Source: Sediminibacterium sp.
GTDB taxonomy: Bacteria; Bacteroidota; Bacteroidia; Chitinophagales; Chitinophagaceae
Direction: 5' to 3'
DNA: 61,331 nucleotides
NCBI GenBank assembly: GCA_044372935.1
Contig: JBILQZ010000001.1
Span: forward strand, 1-61,331
This document shows, piece after piece, positions 10,920-20,891 of this stretch (positions within the stretch are counted from its first letter, which is position 1; each line of letters starts with the position of its first letter). A program made the translations under genes and the position numbers. The notes under the pieces are model-generated. The model was not told where the DNA came from, searched no databases, and saw nothing but the letters and a program-made list of their open reading frames with translations.

Positions 10920-11549
10920 ATGCAATATGTCGTTCTTCTTTTGATTTTATCCCTGCAATTCTTATTGCCCTTGTCCTCTAAAAGTCAAGACAAGGCATTG
11001 GAGCAAGCTGTGCATCAATTCAATCAGATAGAACAGCCAGCCGCTTATACTGCTTTGAATCTCCAATTTGAGCAACTACATGCAGCAGACCCATCTAATT
11101 GGTTGATTCCATATTATGCAGCTCTTATCAATGCTAGAATGTGCCTTTTAAAAATGGGCGATAGAGATCAGTTAGCCAATCGTTCTTTAGCATGGATTGC
11201 AAAAGCAAAATCGATGGTCGTCAATGATGAACTGTATTGTGCAGAGAGTTTAGCGAACACTGCAAAGATGTCTGTGAATCCTATGATGAGATGGTTGTCC
11301 TATGAAGAAAAAATTAAAAGGCCACTCCAATTGGCTAAAAAAATAAATCCTAAAAATCCAAGAGTCTATTTATTAGAAGCGCAGCTTCAATATAATTTAC
11401 CTGTATTTTTTGGTGGTGGATGCAAAGCTGCAAAACCTATTATCCAGCAGGCAGAACAAAATTTATTAAGACAAGTGACGCCAAATTTAGTTGCGCCATC
11501 CTGGGGTAGACAAGCATTGGTTGAACTTAAAAAAGCCTGTCCTTATTAA
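10920..11549 (+). CDS. Secreted alpha-helical (TPR-like) hypothetical protein
   Basis: Signal peptide; WLIPYYAAL, NPKNPRVYLL, FFGGG and PSWG motifs. Confidence 0.6.
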   Translation: MQYVVLLLILSLQFLLPLSSKSQDKALEQAVHQFNQIEQPAAYTALNLQFEQLHAADPSNWLIPYYAALINARMCLLKMGDRDQLANRSLAWIAKAKSMVVNDELYCAESLANTAKMSVNPMMRWLSYEEKIKRPLQLAKKINPKNPRVYLLEAQLQYNLPVFFGGGCKAAKPIIQQAEQNLLRQVTPNLVAPSWGRQALVELKKACPY

Positions 11550-11585
11550 TACGTATTGTAGGAATTAAATGTCGGGTACTTAAAA

Positions 11586-12674
11586 TCAATGTTCGTCTAA
11601 ACGTTCGTCCACTGCATTGGCAAACATTTTATGACTCATTTTTTTCATTGGATTTAAACGCATGTCACGGTAACCTTTTCTTGCATGAATGATACGAATA
11701 CATTCAAAAATACTCGCCGTAAAAGAGCTTGCATCTGCTTTGTCTTTTCCTGCAATATCAAAAGCGGTTCCATGGTCTGGGCTAGTTCGAACAATCGGTA
11801 GGCCAGCAGTAAAATTTACGCCTTCTCCAAACGCCAATGACTTAAAAGGAATCAAGCCTTGGTCATGGTACATAGCTAATACTGCGTCAAATTTTTCCTG
11901 TTGTCCTCTGGCAAAAAAGGCATCTGCAGAATAAGGACCGTACACCAACATTTTATTTTTTGCTTCTTGTATGGCTGGTCGGATAATTTCAATTTCTTCC
12001 TTTCCAATTAAACCATCATCACCGGCATGTGGATTCAAAGCCAATACAGCAATTCTTGGTTTGTCTACGCCAAAATCTTTTTGCAAGCTTTGATGTAGTA
12101 TTTGTAATTTCTGTTTGATCTTATCTTTTGTAATATGTTGTGCAATATCTTGAATCGTTAGATGCTCTGTCACCAAGGCCATTCTTAAATTCTCTGCGAC
12201 CAATAACATCAGGTTTTCTACATTACCGAAAGCATGTTGCAAGTAGGGCGTATGACCACTAAAATTAAAACTAGGCGACTGGATATTCTTTTTATGTATT
12301 GGAGCCGTTACTAAGCCATCAATTTTATTATTTTTTAAAGCAGCAACAGCATGTTCTAAGGAGATCAATGCATATTTACCACCGATATCGGTTAATGCGC
12401 CTGGTTCAATGGCTGCTTCTTCCTCCCAGCATTGAATCAAGTTCACTTGCTTTGGGTTTAATTTATCTAGATCTGGTGCAGTAGCGTAATTAAGTTGAAA
12501 GTCTGGCAAGCCTTTCTTATAAAAATTAACCGCTTTATTGTTTGCAAAAATAACTGGTACCATAAAGTCAAGTAGCCTGCTGTCAGACAAAGACTTAATG
12601 ATTATTTCTAGGCCAATGCCATTTAAATCTCCACAAGTAAAGCCTATAATTGGTTTTTTGATGTCTTGGTTCAT
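11586..12674 (-). CDS. pdxA: 4-hydroxythreonine-4-phosphate dehydrogenase
   Basis: GDLNGIGLE, TAPIHK, LNPHAG, AMYHDQGLIP, RTSPDHGTAFDIAG; start at the ATG at 12674. Confidence 0.96.
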   Translation of the reverse strand: MNQDIKKPIIGFTCGDLNGIGLEIIIKSLSDSRLLDFMVPVIFANNKAVNFYKKGLPDFQLNYATAPDLDKLNPKQVNLIQCWEEEAAIEPGALTDIGGKYALISLEHAVAALKNNKIDGLVTAPIHKKNIQSPSFNFSGHTPYLQHAFGNVENLMLLVAENLRMALVTEHLTIQDIAQHITKDKIKQKLQILHQSLQKDFGVDKPRIAVLALNPHAGDDGLIGKEEIEIIRPAIQEAKNKMLVYGPYSADAFFARGQQEKFDAVLAMYHDQGLIPFKSLAFGEGVNFTAGLPIVRTSPDHGTAFDIAGKDKADASSFTASIFECIRIIHARKGYRDMRLNPMKKMSHKMFANAVDERLDEH

Positions 12675-12712
12675 ATCCAGTTGATTAGGGTGTAAAAGTA
12701 CGCACAAAAACC

Positions 12713-12720
12713 TAACTTTG
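12713..12720 (+). promoter_or_regulatory. -7 box TAACTTTG, 4 nt upstream of the rsmA ATG
   Basis: TAACTTTG-CTTC-ATG. Confidence 0.65.
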
Positions 12721-12724
12721 CTTC

Positions 12725-13486
12725 ATGCAATACACCCTTAAAAAGTCATTGGGTCAACACTTTCTAAATGATGTCCAGATTTGTTTACAGATCAAAGACG
12801 CTTTAGCCGAAACGCCTATAGATCAGTTAGTAGAAGTGGGACCTGGAGCAGGCGCCTTAACACAGCATATTTTGGACTTGCCTACCCATGCTTTTAAAGC
12901 AGTGGAATTAGATCGAGAAAAAGTGGCTTATTTATTGCACACTTATCCTTCTTTGGAGGGCAAGTTGATCAATGAAGATTTTTTAGAAACAGCGATCCCA
13001 TTTGAAGGCCAATTTACCTTGGTAGGTAATTTTCCATACAATATTTCTACTCAAATAGTTTTTAGGGTATTGGATTGGAAAGAACAAGTGCCGGTGATGA
13101 TTGGTATGTTTCAAAAAGAAGTAGCAGAAAGAATTGCGGCAAAACCACATTCAAAAGCGTATGGTATTTTAAGTGTTTTAACGCAAGCATTTTATGAGGT
13201 GGAATATTTATTTGATGTGCCTCCAACGGCATTTACACCACCGCCCAATGTCATGAGTGGTGTGATTCGACTCAAAAGAAAAGAAAGCTTTCCTGAATTT
13301 AGTTCCTTAAAAAGTTTTTACCATATTGTGAAAATGGCATTTGGACAAAGACGTAAAATGTTAAGGAATCCATTGAAGCCTTATTTCACGACAGAACAAT
13401 TACAGGATCCAATTTTTACAAAAAGAGCGGAGAACCTGACCTATCAAGATTTTGCTGACCTTACTTTTAAAATGCACAATCCTTAG
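12725..13486 (+). CDS. rsmA: 16S rRNA m6,2A dimethyltransferase
   Basis: [34 protein letters not shown]. Confidence 0.97.
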   Translation: MQYTLKKSLGQHFLNDVQICLQIKDALAETPIDQLVEVGPGAGALTQHILDLPTHAFKAVELDREKVAYLLHTYPSLEGKLINEDFLETAIPFEGQFTLVGNFPYNISTQIVFRVLDWKEQVPVMIGMFQKEVAERIAAKPHSKAYGILSVLTQAFYEVEYLFDVPPTAFTPPPNVMSGVIRLKRKESFPEFSSLKSFYHIVKMAFGQRRKMLRNPLKPYFTTEQLQDPIFTKRAENLTYQDFADLTFKMHNP

Positions 13487-13488
13487 TT

Positions 13489-14427
13489 ATGTCTAATAAA
13501 GTCATTGTAACTGCAGCAGCACATCCTTATTTATTAGAAGCCCTTTCTCTAAAAGGATTTGAAGTAGTGTATGAACCTACTATAGATGCGGCTACATTAG
13601 CAGCAAGTATTCAGGATGCAGTGGGCTTAATTGTAACGACCAGGTTAAAAATTGATGCCAACATTTTATCGGGTGCGACGCAGTTAAAATGGATAGGACG
13701 ATTAGGAAGTGGCATGGAATTAATAGATACCGCCTATGCGAGTTCAAAAGGCATTCAATGTGTGAGTAGTCCCGAAGGAAACTGTACGGCAGTAGGAGAA
13801 CATAGTTTAGGTTTATTATTGAATTTAATGCACCGTATCCATAGGTCTTATGGCGAGGTAAAATTGGGAGAATGGGTTAGAGATGCAAATCGTGGAGATG
13901 AACTCACAGGAAAGCAAGTGGGCATCATTGGATTTGGACATACAGGCGCTGCTTTTGCAAAAGTTTTAACGGGTTTTGGGGTGCAGTTGTTAGCGCATGA
14001 CATCCATCCCAATGCGCTAGGATTTCAGCAATTTCCGGCGGCAGAAAAGGTAGGATTGGATGCTATTCAGGCCAACGCCGAGGTCATAAGCTTGCACCTT
14101 CCATTAACCGCAATGACCCAACATTTTGCAAATGCCCATTTTTTTGCCGCATTAAAAAAGCAGCCTTATTTTATCAGTACCTGTAGAGGCGGGGTAACAG
14201 ACGGTACTGCACTGCTCTATGCACTTCAAAATCAACAAATTAGAGGGGCTGGTCTAGACGTACTAGAAAATGAGCGCCTAAATACCTATAGTGCTGGAGA
14301 AAAGGCCAATTTAGACGCTTTGATGGCCCTGCCTAACTTCATCCTAACCCCTCATATTGCGGGTTATAGCCATGAGGCTTACTTCAAGATGTCCAAGATC
14401 CTATTAGAAAAATTAGGCATCATTTGA
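13489..14427 (+). CDS. D-isomer-specific 2-hydroxyacid dehydrogenase (SerA/PdxB-like)
   Basis: [31 protein letters not shown]. Confidence 0.9.
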   Translation: MSNKVIVTAAAHPYLLEALSLKGFEVVYEPTIDAATLAASIQDAVGLIVTTRLKIDANILSGATQLKWIGRLGSGMELIDTAYASSKGIQCVSSPEGNCTAVGEHSLGLLLNLMHRIHRSYGEVKLGEWVRDANRGDELTGKQVGIIGFGHTGAAFAKVLTGFGVQLLAHDIHPNALGFQQFPAAEKVGLDAIQANAEVISLHLPLTAMTQHFANAHFFAALKKQPYFISTCRGGVTDGTALLYALQNQQIRGAGLDVLENERLNTYSAGEKANLDALMALPNFILTPHIAGYSHEAYFKMSKILLEKLGII

Positions 14428-14438
14428 CCCTTATTTTA

Positions 14439-14446
14439 TATCTTTG
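14439..14446 (+). promoter_or_regulatory. -7 box TATCTTTG upstream of the greA leader
   Basis: Exact TAnnTTTG match. Confidence 0.65.
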
Positions 14447-14450
14447 TACC

Positions 14451-14487
14451 ATGCAACGCTTCAATTATGTGGCGTTGTATTTTTTTT
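14451..14487 (+). terminator. Terminator/attenuator hairpin in the greA leader
   Basis: ATGCAACGCT pairs with GGCGTTGTAT (two G-U pairs), followed by a T run to 14487. Confidence 0.7.
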
Positions 14488-14507
14488 ATATAAAACAGAA
14501 GGTATGA
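14451..14507 (+). CDS. Putative 18 aa leader peptide MQRFNYVALYFFYIKQKV
   Basis: ATG 4 nt after the -7 box; its TGA (14505-14507) overlaps the greA ATG (14504-14506). Confidence 0.35.
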   Translation: MQRFNYVALYFFYIKQKV

Positions 14508-14980
14508 GCGAAACAAACGTATATGTAACCCAGGAGACTTTTGATAAGATGCGCGAAGAATTGCAACGCATGAAATCTATTGACCGTCCTGCGGCATCAA
14601 GAGCGATTGCAGAAGCAAGAGAAAAAGGGGATTTAAAAGAGAATGCTGAATACGATGCTGCTAAGGAAGCGCAGGGCATGTTAGAATCTAAAATTAAGCA
14701 ATTAGAAGTGGCTGTATCCAATGCAAAGATTGTGGACACAAGTACCATTGATACAAGCAAGGTAACGATATTAACGAAAGTAACGATTACCAATCAGGCT
14801 ACTAAAAAAACAATTACTTACCAGTTAGTGGGTGAAAAAGAAGCCGATTTAAAAGCAGGCAAAATATCTGCTTCTTCTCCAATTGGAAAAGGATTGATTG
14901 GTAAAAAAGTAGGAGAAATTGCAGAAGTTCAAGCGCCAAATGGGGTGATGAAATTCAGCATTGATAATATTGCCATTTAA
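14504..14980 (+). CDS. greA: Transcription elongation factor GreA
   Basis: EAREKGDLKENAEYDAAKE, ISASSPIGKGL. Confidence 0.97.
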   Translation: MSETNVYVTQETFDKMREELQRMKSIDRPAASRAIAEAREKGDLKENAEYDAAKEAQGMLESKIKQLEVAVSNAKIVDTSTIDTSKVTILTKVTITNQATKKTITYQLVGEKEADLKAGKISASSPIGKGLIGKKVGEIAEVQAPNGVMKFSIDNIAI

Positions 14981-15014
14981 ACTGAACACCACGCCGTTCT
15001 CCAAACAATTGAAG

Positions 15015-15410
15015 ATGACTATTTTTTCTAAAATTATTCAAGGGGAAATTCCTGCTTACAAAATTGCTGAAAATGAAATGTTCTTCGCTTTCTTGGACAT
15101 TTTTCCTTTGCAAAAAGGGCATGTATTGGTGGTGCCTAAAATTGAAGTGGACAAAGTATTTGATCTACCAGACGATTACTTAGCTCAATTATTGGTATTT
15201 GCTAAGCCCATCGCAAAAGCAATCGAAGCAAGCTTCCCTTGTAATCGAATCAGTATGCTGACAGTAGGACTCGAAGTACCTCACGCGCATTTGCATTTAA
15301 TTCCTATTCAAGATGCAGGGGATATCAATTTTGAAAATGAAAAATTGCAATTATCCAAAGACGAATTGAAGGCAATTCAGGAGGCAATTGTGCATCAACT
15401 GGAAAAATAA
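15015..15410 (+). CDS. HIT family hydrolase
   Basis: TIFSKII, GHVLVVPK, histidine triad VPHAHLHLIP. Confidence 0.95.
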   Translation: MTIFSKIIQGEIPAYKIAENEMFFAFLDIFPLQKGHVLVVPKIEVDKVFDLPDDYLAQLLVFAKPIAKAIEASFPCNRISMLTVGLEVPHAHLHLIPIQDAGDINFENEKLQLSKDELKAIQEAIVHQLEK

Positions 15411-15476
15411 ATCAGGTGGGGATATATTGAATCAAGTAGCGATTCAATGAGTAAGTTCGCTTGCTTTTTCGAGTGC

Positions 15477-16034
15477 TTATTTTTTTAAACGACCTGGATT
15501 TTTTTGAATAAAATCATCCCATCCTTTTAAACCCTTGCCTGTACTAATGACTGGGCGATTGATTTGATGCCAGTGGCAGAGGGCAACAGCGAGTGCGTCA
15601 GTTGCATCGTAGTGTTTTGGTTTTTCTTTTACATTCAAAACACGCTCTAGCATTTTCCAAACCATTTCTTTATCTGCATTACCATTGCCTGTAATAGATT
15701 GCTTTACTTTTTTAGGGGCATATTCAGTTACTGGGGTGTTATAATGCATTGCTGCTGCAATAGCTACACCTTGCGCTCGGCCTAGCTTAAGCATACTTTG
15801 TACATTCTTTCCAAAGAAGGGCGCTTCGATTGCAAAATGAGCAGGATGATAGGTCTCCATTAATTCAATGATTTTTGCATGAATCATTTGAAGACGTGCA
15901 TAGATGTCTTTTTCTTTGGTCAACTTTAATACATCCATCATAATGATCTTGGGCTGGCTACCGCCTTGCAAAACAGCAAAGCCTAGGATCTGTGTACCTG
16001 GGTCAATACCTAAAATAATGGGTGTTTTTGACAT
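15477..16034 (-). CDS. ruvC: Holliday junction resolvase RuvC
   Basis: ILGIDPG, AIEAPF, TGNGNADKE, DATDALAVA. Confidence 0.97.
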   Translation of the reverse strand: MSKTPIILGIDPGTQILGFAVLQGGSQPKIIMMDVLKLTKEKDIYARLQMIHAKIIELMETYHPAHFAIEAPFFGKNVQSMLKLGRAQGVAIAAAMHYNTPVTEYAPKKVKQSITGNGNADKEMVWKMLERVLNVKEKPKHYDATDALAVALCHWHQINRPVISTGKGLKGWDDFIQKNPGRLKK

Positions 16035-16080
16035 GGGATAAAGTTACAGATATCCCTTCAAAATACGATCTTTACAAAAT

Positions 16081-16998
16081 ATGAATTCAAGCCCACTTAA
16101 GCGACTCGTTTCAATTGCAAATAAATTAATTGGATTCATCCTTTTTGTGGTCTGTGCTGTGGCCATCTACCACAAAGTGCTACAAAATGAAAATTTAAAT
16201 CAATACGGAGCAGACTTAAAAATTCAGTTGACCAAGATTCATTGGTCTGCATGGTGTATTATGGCAGTATTGATGACCATGAATTATACTATTGAAGCAT
16301 TGAAATGGAAAAGAGTGATTGCTGAAACCAATGCCTTTACTATTTTTCAATCTTTGAGAGCGGTATTAGTAGGGCAAGCATTTTCTTTTTTTACCCCTGC
16401 AAGATCAGGGGATTATGTCGGGAGAACTTTATTCTTAGCACCTGGTACGAAGTTGAAAGGGATCACTCAAATGGCCTGGGCTTCCTATGCACAAATATTG
16501 ATGACTATTTCCTTTGGTAGTATTGCTTTGTTTTGGAATCTACCTTTTTTACCTTGGTTGAAATGGGTTGCACCATTTGCTGCAGGTATTGCTTATTTTT
16601 TATTTTTTTACAAGCAACCTTTCAAGGGCTGGTTGTCTAAACTCAATGTATTGCAAATTGCCACCCCACTGAAGTGGCAATTGATTGGCCTAGCATGTGC
16701 TAGGTACATTGTCTACCTCTTACAATACAATTGGGCAGCAAGTATGCTGGCTATTCCAGTGGGCTGGATTGATTTTAGTTTCCCTATTATGGCACTATTA
16801 TTTTTCTTAAGTATGATTCCAGCCATTAGTTTAACGGATTTGGTGATTCGAGGGCAGCTTTTTCTATTACTCATGGCGCCTTTTTACCATAATGACTTGC
16901 TCTTAATTGCCTTGACAACCCTCATTTGGATGGTCAATTTCTTACTCCCATCTATCCTGGGTGCAATTTTATTACTTGGTTTTAGATTAAAGCGATAA
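16081..16998 (+). CDS. Membrane protein, lysylphosphatidylglycerol-synthase TM / flippase-like family
   Basis: Multiple TM helices; EALKW and FTPARSGDYVGR motifs. Confidence 0.65.
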   Translation: MNSSPLKRLVSIANKLIGFILFVVCAVAIYHKVLQNENLNQYGADLKIQLTKIHWSAWCIMAVLMTMNYTIEALKWKRVIAETNAFTIFQSLRAVLVGQAFSFFTPARSGDYVGRTLFLAPGTKLKGITQMAWASYAQILMTISFGSIALFWNLPFLPWLKWVAPFAAGIAYFLFFYKQPFKGWLSKLNVLQIATPLKWQLIGLACARYIVYLLQYNWAASMLAIPVGWIDFSFPIMALLFFLSMIPAISLTDLVIRGQLFLLLMAPFYHNDLLLIALTTLIWMVNFLLPSILGAILLLGFRLKR

Positions 16999-17021
16999 AT
17001 TTATAAGATAACAATCCCTAC

Positions 17022-17819
17022 ATGTTATTATACCTCTTTCATTTTTTTATCGCAACTTTCTTTGCTGTCTTTCCAAAACAGCAGAAAGAAATTTGTAGTC
17101 AAGTCAATACTTCCTTTAATACAGGCGAAAAAATCTCTTATACTATTTATTATAATGTAGTGGGTTTGTATGTAAATGCAGGTAACGCGCAATTTACAAT
17201 AACACCTACTAATTGGGAGGGTAATGCAGCTTATGCATTTACTGCAACGGGTAATTCCAATCAACGGTATGATTGGATTTTTAAAGTAAGGGATAAATAT
17301 GAATCCATAGTAGATGCTAAAAGTTTATTACCCTACTATTTTAGTAGAAGTATCAATGAGGGTAGCTTTCATCAAAATCAAAACCTTAGTTTCAATCAAA
17401 AACAAAATGAAGTAACAACGAATAAGGGAGAGGTGTTCAAGTCGGCCGATTGTACTTTTGATGTCATTAGTGCTATTTATGCAGCAAGAAATTTGGATTT
17501 CAAAAATTTACAAGTCAATGAAAAAGTATATTTAAATTTCTTTCTAGATAATGAATTGTTTCCTTCCTATTTTAAGTACTTAGGAAAAGAAGAGATTCGA
17601 ACTAAATTTGGAAAATTTAAGGCCATCAAAATTGCACCCTTACTTGTAAAAGGCACGATGTTTGAAGGTGGAGAGCGAATGACCATCTGGGTGACAGACG
17701 ACGAAAATCATATTCCAATTAGAATTGAAACGCCCATTATTGTAGGCACTATCAAAGTCGATATGAAAAGCTATGAAGGCTTAAGGTATCCCCTCAGTTC
17801 ACTGATTGAAAAAGACTAG
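17022..17819 (+). CDS. DUF3108-family protein
   Basis: FxxGEKxxY, FKVRDKYES, IWVTDDENHIP pattern. Confidence 0.75.
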   Translation: MLLYLFHFFIATFFAVFPKQQKEICSQVNTSFNTGEKISYTIYYNVVGLYVNAGNAQFTITPTNWEGNAAYAFTATGNSNQRYDWIFKVRDKYESIVDAKSLLPYYFSRSINEGSFHQNQNLSFNQKQNEVTTNKGEVFKSADCTFDVISAIYAARNLDFKNLQVNEKVYLNFFLDNELFPSYFKYLGKEEIRTKFGKFKAIKIAPLLVKGTMFEGGERMTIWVTDDENHIPIRIETPIIVGTIKVDMKSYEGLRYPLSSLIEKD

Positions 17820-18685
17820 GCTGTCAACTGACTTAAATCAAAGCAGTTTTTGGCCCTTATTCCTTTTTCTGTTAATTGCAAGTCACAACATTCATTCACT
17901 GAATCGTGTTCAAAAATTAAAACATAATCTTTTGCACATGCTTCATTCAAGAAAAGTTCTTTTTCATTGAGTGTGAAAAGGGGTTGCATGTCATAGCCCA
18001 TCACAAATGGAATGGGTAAATGTCCTACTGAGGGTAATAAGTCAGCCATATAGACAAGCTGTTTTTGACCGTAGTTTATTTTTGGTAATAACATGCCTGC
18101 TGTATGTCCATTCACCACAATGCAGCTGATGTTTTCTGAAAAATGAATTTCTTGTAAACTGGTATCACTTTTAAAAGCTGGAAGTTCAATTAATTTCAAT
18201 TGTCCACTTTCTTGTAGCGGTAAAATATTTTCTTTTAAAAAACTTGCTTTTTCTCTTCTGTTAGGTTGGTTTGCAGTGGCCCAATGGGTGTCACTTACCC
18301 AGTATGTTGCATTGGGTAAAGCAGTTTTTAAAACACCCTCTTCCATATTGATCGCGCCACCTACATGGTCAAAATGCAAGTGCGTTAAAAGTACATCTGT
18401 AATCTCTGTTGTCTTAAAACCATACACCGCCAATGCTTCGGCAATAGTTTTGGTTTCGGTGGGTTGGTAATGGCTAAAAAACTTTGCATCTTGTTTATTC
18501 CCCATCCCGGTATCGATTAATATTTTACGATCCCCATCTACTACTAATAAACACCTTAGTGCCCAGGTACAGAGATTGTTTTCGTCTGCAGGATTGGTCT
18601 TATTCCAAATTGATTTTGGAACGACACCAAACATAGCGCCTCCATCTAACTTAAAATTACCAGTATGAATACTATAAATTTGCAT
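17816..18685 (-). CDS. MBL-fold metallo-hydrolase (YtnP-like)
   Basis: FKLDGGAMFGVVP, THLHFDHVGG, GHT. Confidence 0.92.
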   Translation of the reverse strand: MQIYSIHTGNFKLDGGAMFGVVPKSIWNKTNPADENNLCTWALRCLLVVDGDRKILIDTGMGNKQDAKFFSHYQPTETKTIAEALAVYGFKTTEITDVLLTHLHFDHVGGAINMEEGVLKTALPNATYWVSDTHWATANQPNRREKASFLKENILPLQESGQLKLIELPAFKSDTSLQEIHFSENISCIVVNGHTAGMLLPKINYGQKQLVYMADLLPSVGHLPIPFVMGYDMQPLFTLNEKELFLNEACAKDYVLIFEHDSVNECCDLQLTEKGIRAKNCFDLSQLTA

Positions 18686-19982
18686 GCTTATTTTTTAAGG
18701 AAGTTCGATACAACAAAACTAAGCCAATAATAAAAAATACACATAAACCAAGTACTGCATTTTTTTGCGAGCCAGTTAATTCAATAATAAATCCAAAGCT
18801 AAACATCCCTATCACGATCGCTACTTTTTCTGCCACATCGTAAAAGCTAAAAAAGGAAGCTGTGTCATGTGTGGTTGGCATCAACTTGGCATAAGTACTT
18901 CTACTCACTGATTGTATACCACCCATGACAAATCCAACTAAAGTAGCTAAGCAATAAAATTCTGTCACGCCGTTTCTAGGAATATTGTAACCAATGATAC
19001 AGATCAATATCCAGACTGCTACAGCAATCATTAGGGTTTTAAAATTACCTATGGTGCTTGCCATTTTACCCATTAACAAAGCGCCTGGGATAGCGACTAA
19101 TTGAATGATCAAAATAGCAATGATTAAATTAGTAGTAGGAATATTCAATTCACTTTTACCGTACAATGTAGCGGCTAGCATGACTGTTTGAACGCCCATA
19201 TTGTAAAAGAAGAAGGCCCCTAAAAAACGTTCTAAAACGGGTAAATGTGTTAATTGCTTCCAAACCTTATGCAGTTCTTTATAACCACCCACGAATAAAT
19301 TATCCGTTTGATTTTTTTGAATTACCCTTAAGCTAGAAGGCAATCTAGCAATGGACCATTGCCCAAAACCAAACCACCAAATACCAGCCAATAAAAATGA
19401 AATCTGTGAAGCTTTGCCTACCGTGATGCCAAATAAATCTGGTTTTAATACAAAGACAAAACATATGATTTGTAATAATACAGAGCCAAAATAACCCATT
19501 GTAAAGCCTTTTGCACTTACACGATCACGATCCTCAGGTGCTGCAATTTCGGGAAGGTAAGAGTTGTAAAAAACCAAGCTACCCCAAAAGCCAATACAGG
19601 CAATGATGACGGATAGTAATCCGGTTTCTAAATGATCGCCGTCAAAAAAATACAAACTACAACAAGCCAAACTCCCCATGGTACAAAAAAACTGAAGAAA
19701 CTGTTTTTTGTTTCCACGATAATCTGCAATAGAAGATAGGAGTGGAGACAATATTGCTACCACCACAAAGGCCAATGCCAATGCATAATTGTATAAGGCA
19801 GTATTGACAAATTCGAAGGGGCCTATTTTTACTTTGTCAATTAAAGTTTGTTCATTGCCGTCACTTGTGACAGCTTCATAAAAGGCAGGAAAAATGGTAG
19901 AAGTGATGACTAAACTATAGACACTATTGGCCCAGTCATACATTGCCCAACTATTGATGACTTTCTTAGAAGCAGTTTGCAT
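18672..19982 (-). CDS. MFS transporter (UMF1/Atg22-like)
   Basis: WAMYDWANS, FYNSYLP, GYFGS, SRS motifs; many TM helices. Confidence 0.9.
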   Translation of the reverse strand: MQTASKKVINSWAMYDWANSVYSLVITSTIFPAFYEAVTSDGNEQTLIDKVKIGPFEFVNTALYNYALALAFVVVAILSPLLSSIADYRGNKKQFLQFFCTMGSLACCSLYFFDGDHLETGLLSVIIACIGFWGSLVFYNSYLPEIAAPEDRDRVSAKGFTMGYFGSVLLQIICFVFVLKPDLFGITVGKASQISFLLAGIWWFGFGQWSIARLPSSLRVIQKNQTDNLFVGGYKELHKVWKQLTHLPVLERFLGAFFFYNMGVQTVMLAATLYGKSELNIPTTNLIIAILIIQLVAIPGALLMGKMASTIGNFKTLMIAVAVWILICIIGYNIPRNGVTEFYCLATLVGFVMGGIQSVSRSTYAKLMPTTHDTASFFSFYDVAEKVAIVIGMFSFGFIIELTGSQKNAVLGLCVFFIIGLVLLYRTSLKNKHANL

Positions 19983-20038
19983 ATTACAAGGGGTTTACAC
20001 CCAAAATACGAATAAATGCTAATCTAACTTACAATCCA

Positions 20039-20836
20039 TTAAGCTTTTTGAAGGAAGAGCCATAAGAGCATACTTAAGCCAAGTGCAATGCGGTACCAGC
20101 CAAATAGGGCAAAGCCTCTTTTTTGTACAAATTGGATAAAGAATTTTACACTTACTAATGCCACCAGAAAGGCGACCAGTCCGCCTATACACAGGTTCAA
20201 AATATTGTCAGATTGAAATACCGATGGATGTTCTTGATACACATCTAAAGTACTTTTTGCGGAAGCAGCAAGCATGGTGGGAACGGCTAAGAAAAAGGAA
20301 AATTCTGCAGCTGCTTTTCTGCTTAATTTTTGACTTAGTCCACCAATAATAGTGGCAGCACTTCTGCTTAAACCTGGGAAAAGAATTGCTAATACTTGAA
20401 AGCAGCCTACCCAAAAAGCTTGTTTAAATTGAATGGGGGCATGGTCGTTGGATTCCGTTTGTTTTTTGAAATAACGATCTATAAAAATCAAAGCAATACC
20501 GCCAATCACCATCACGACAGCGATCACCCATAAATTATCTAATACAGCATCAATATACTTTTTTAATAAAGCCCCAAATACCAAGGCTGGGAATACCGCT
20601 ACCATTAATTTTAAATAAAATTTATAGTCTTTAAAATTAAAAAAGGTTTTATAATACACCACAACCACAGAAAGAATGGCGGCTAGTTGAATCACAATTT
20701 CATATAAGTCTACAAATGGACTATCCTCAATCCCTAAAAATGGATTGGCGAATTTCATATGTGCTGTACTTGAAATAGGCAGAAATTCAGTAATACCCTC
20801 GATGATCGCTATTAAAATAGTTTGGATGGTGTTCAT
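20039..20836 (-). CDS. uppP: Undecaprenyl-diphosphate phosphatase
   Basis: EGITEFLPISSTAH, PGLSRSAATI, AAEFSFFLAVP. Confidence 0.96.
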   Translation of the reverse strand: MNTIQTILIAIIEGITEFLPISSTAHMKFANPFLGIEDSPFVDLYEIVIQLAAILSVVVVYYKTFFNFKDYKFYLKLMVAVFPALVFGALLKKYIDAVLDNLWVIAVVMVIGGIALIFIDRYFKKQTESNDHAPIQFKQAFWVGCFQVLAILFPGLSRSAATIIGGLSQKLSRKAAAEFSFFLAVPTMLAASAKSTLDVYQEHPSVFQSDNILNLCIGGLVAFLVALVSVKFFIQFVQKRGFALFGWYRIALGLSMLLWLFLQKA

Positions 20837-20846
20837 AGGATGGATT

Positions 20847-20874
20847 AAAAAAAGAGCGATGCAGGCATCGCTCT
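20847..20874 (-). terminator. Intrinsic terminator after ftsX-DUF3098
   Basis: Minus strand: AGAGCGATGC-CT-GCATCGCTCT followed by a T run. Confidence 0.75.
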
Positions 20875-20891
20875 AATAAATTAGATAAGGA

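Noticed and set aside
15426-15470. Two small hairpins between HIT and ruvC (ATTGAATC/GATTCAAT and AGTAAG-TTCG-CTTGCT)
   Set aside because: Adequately explained as termination signals at a convergent junction.
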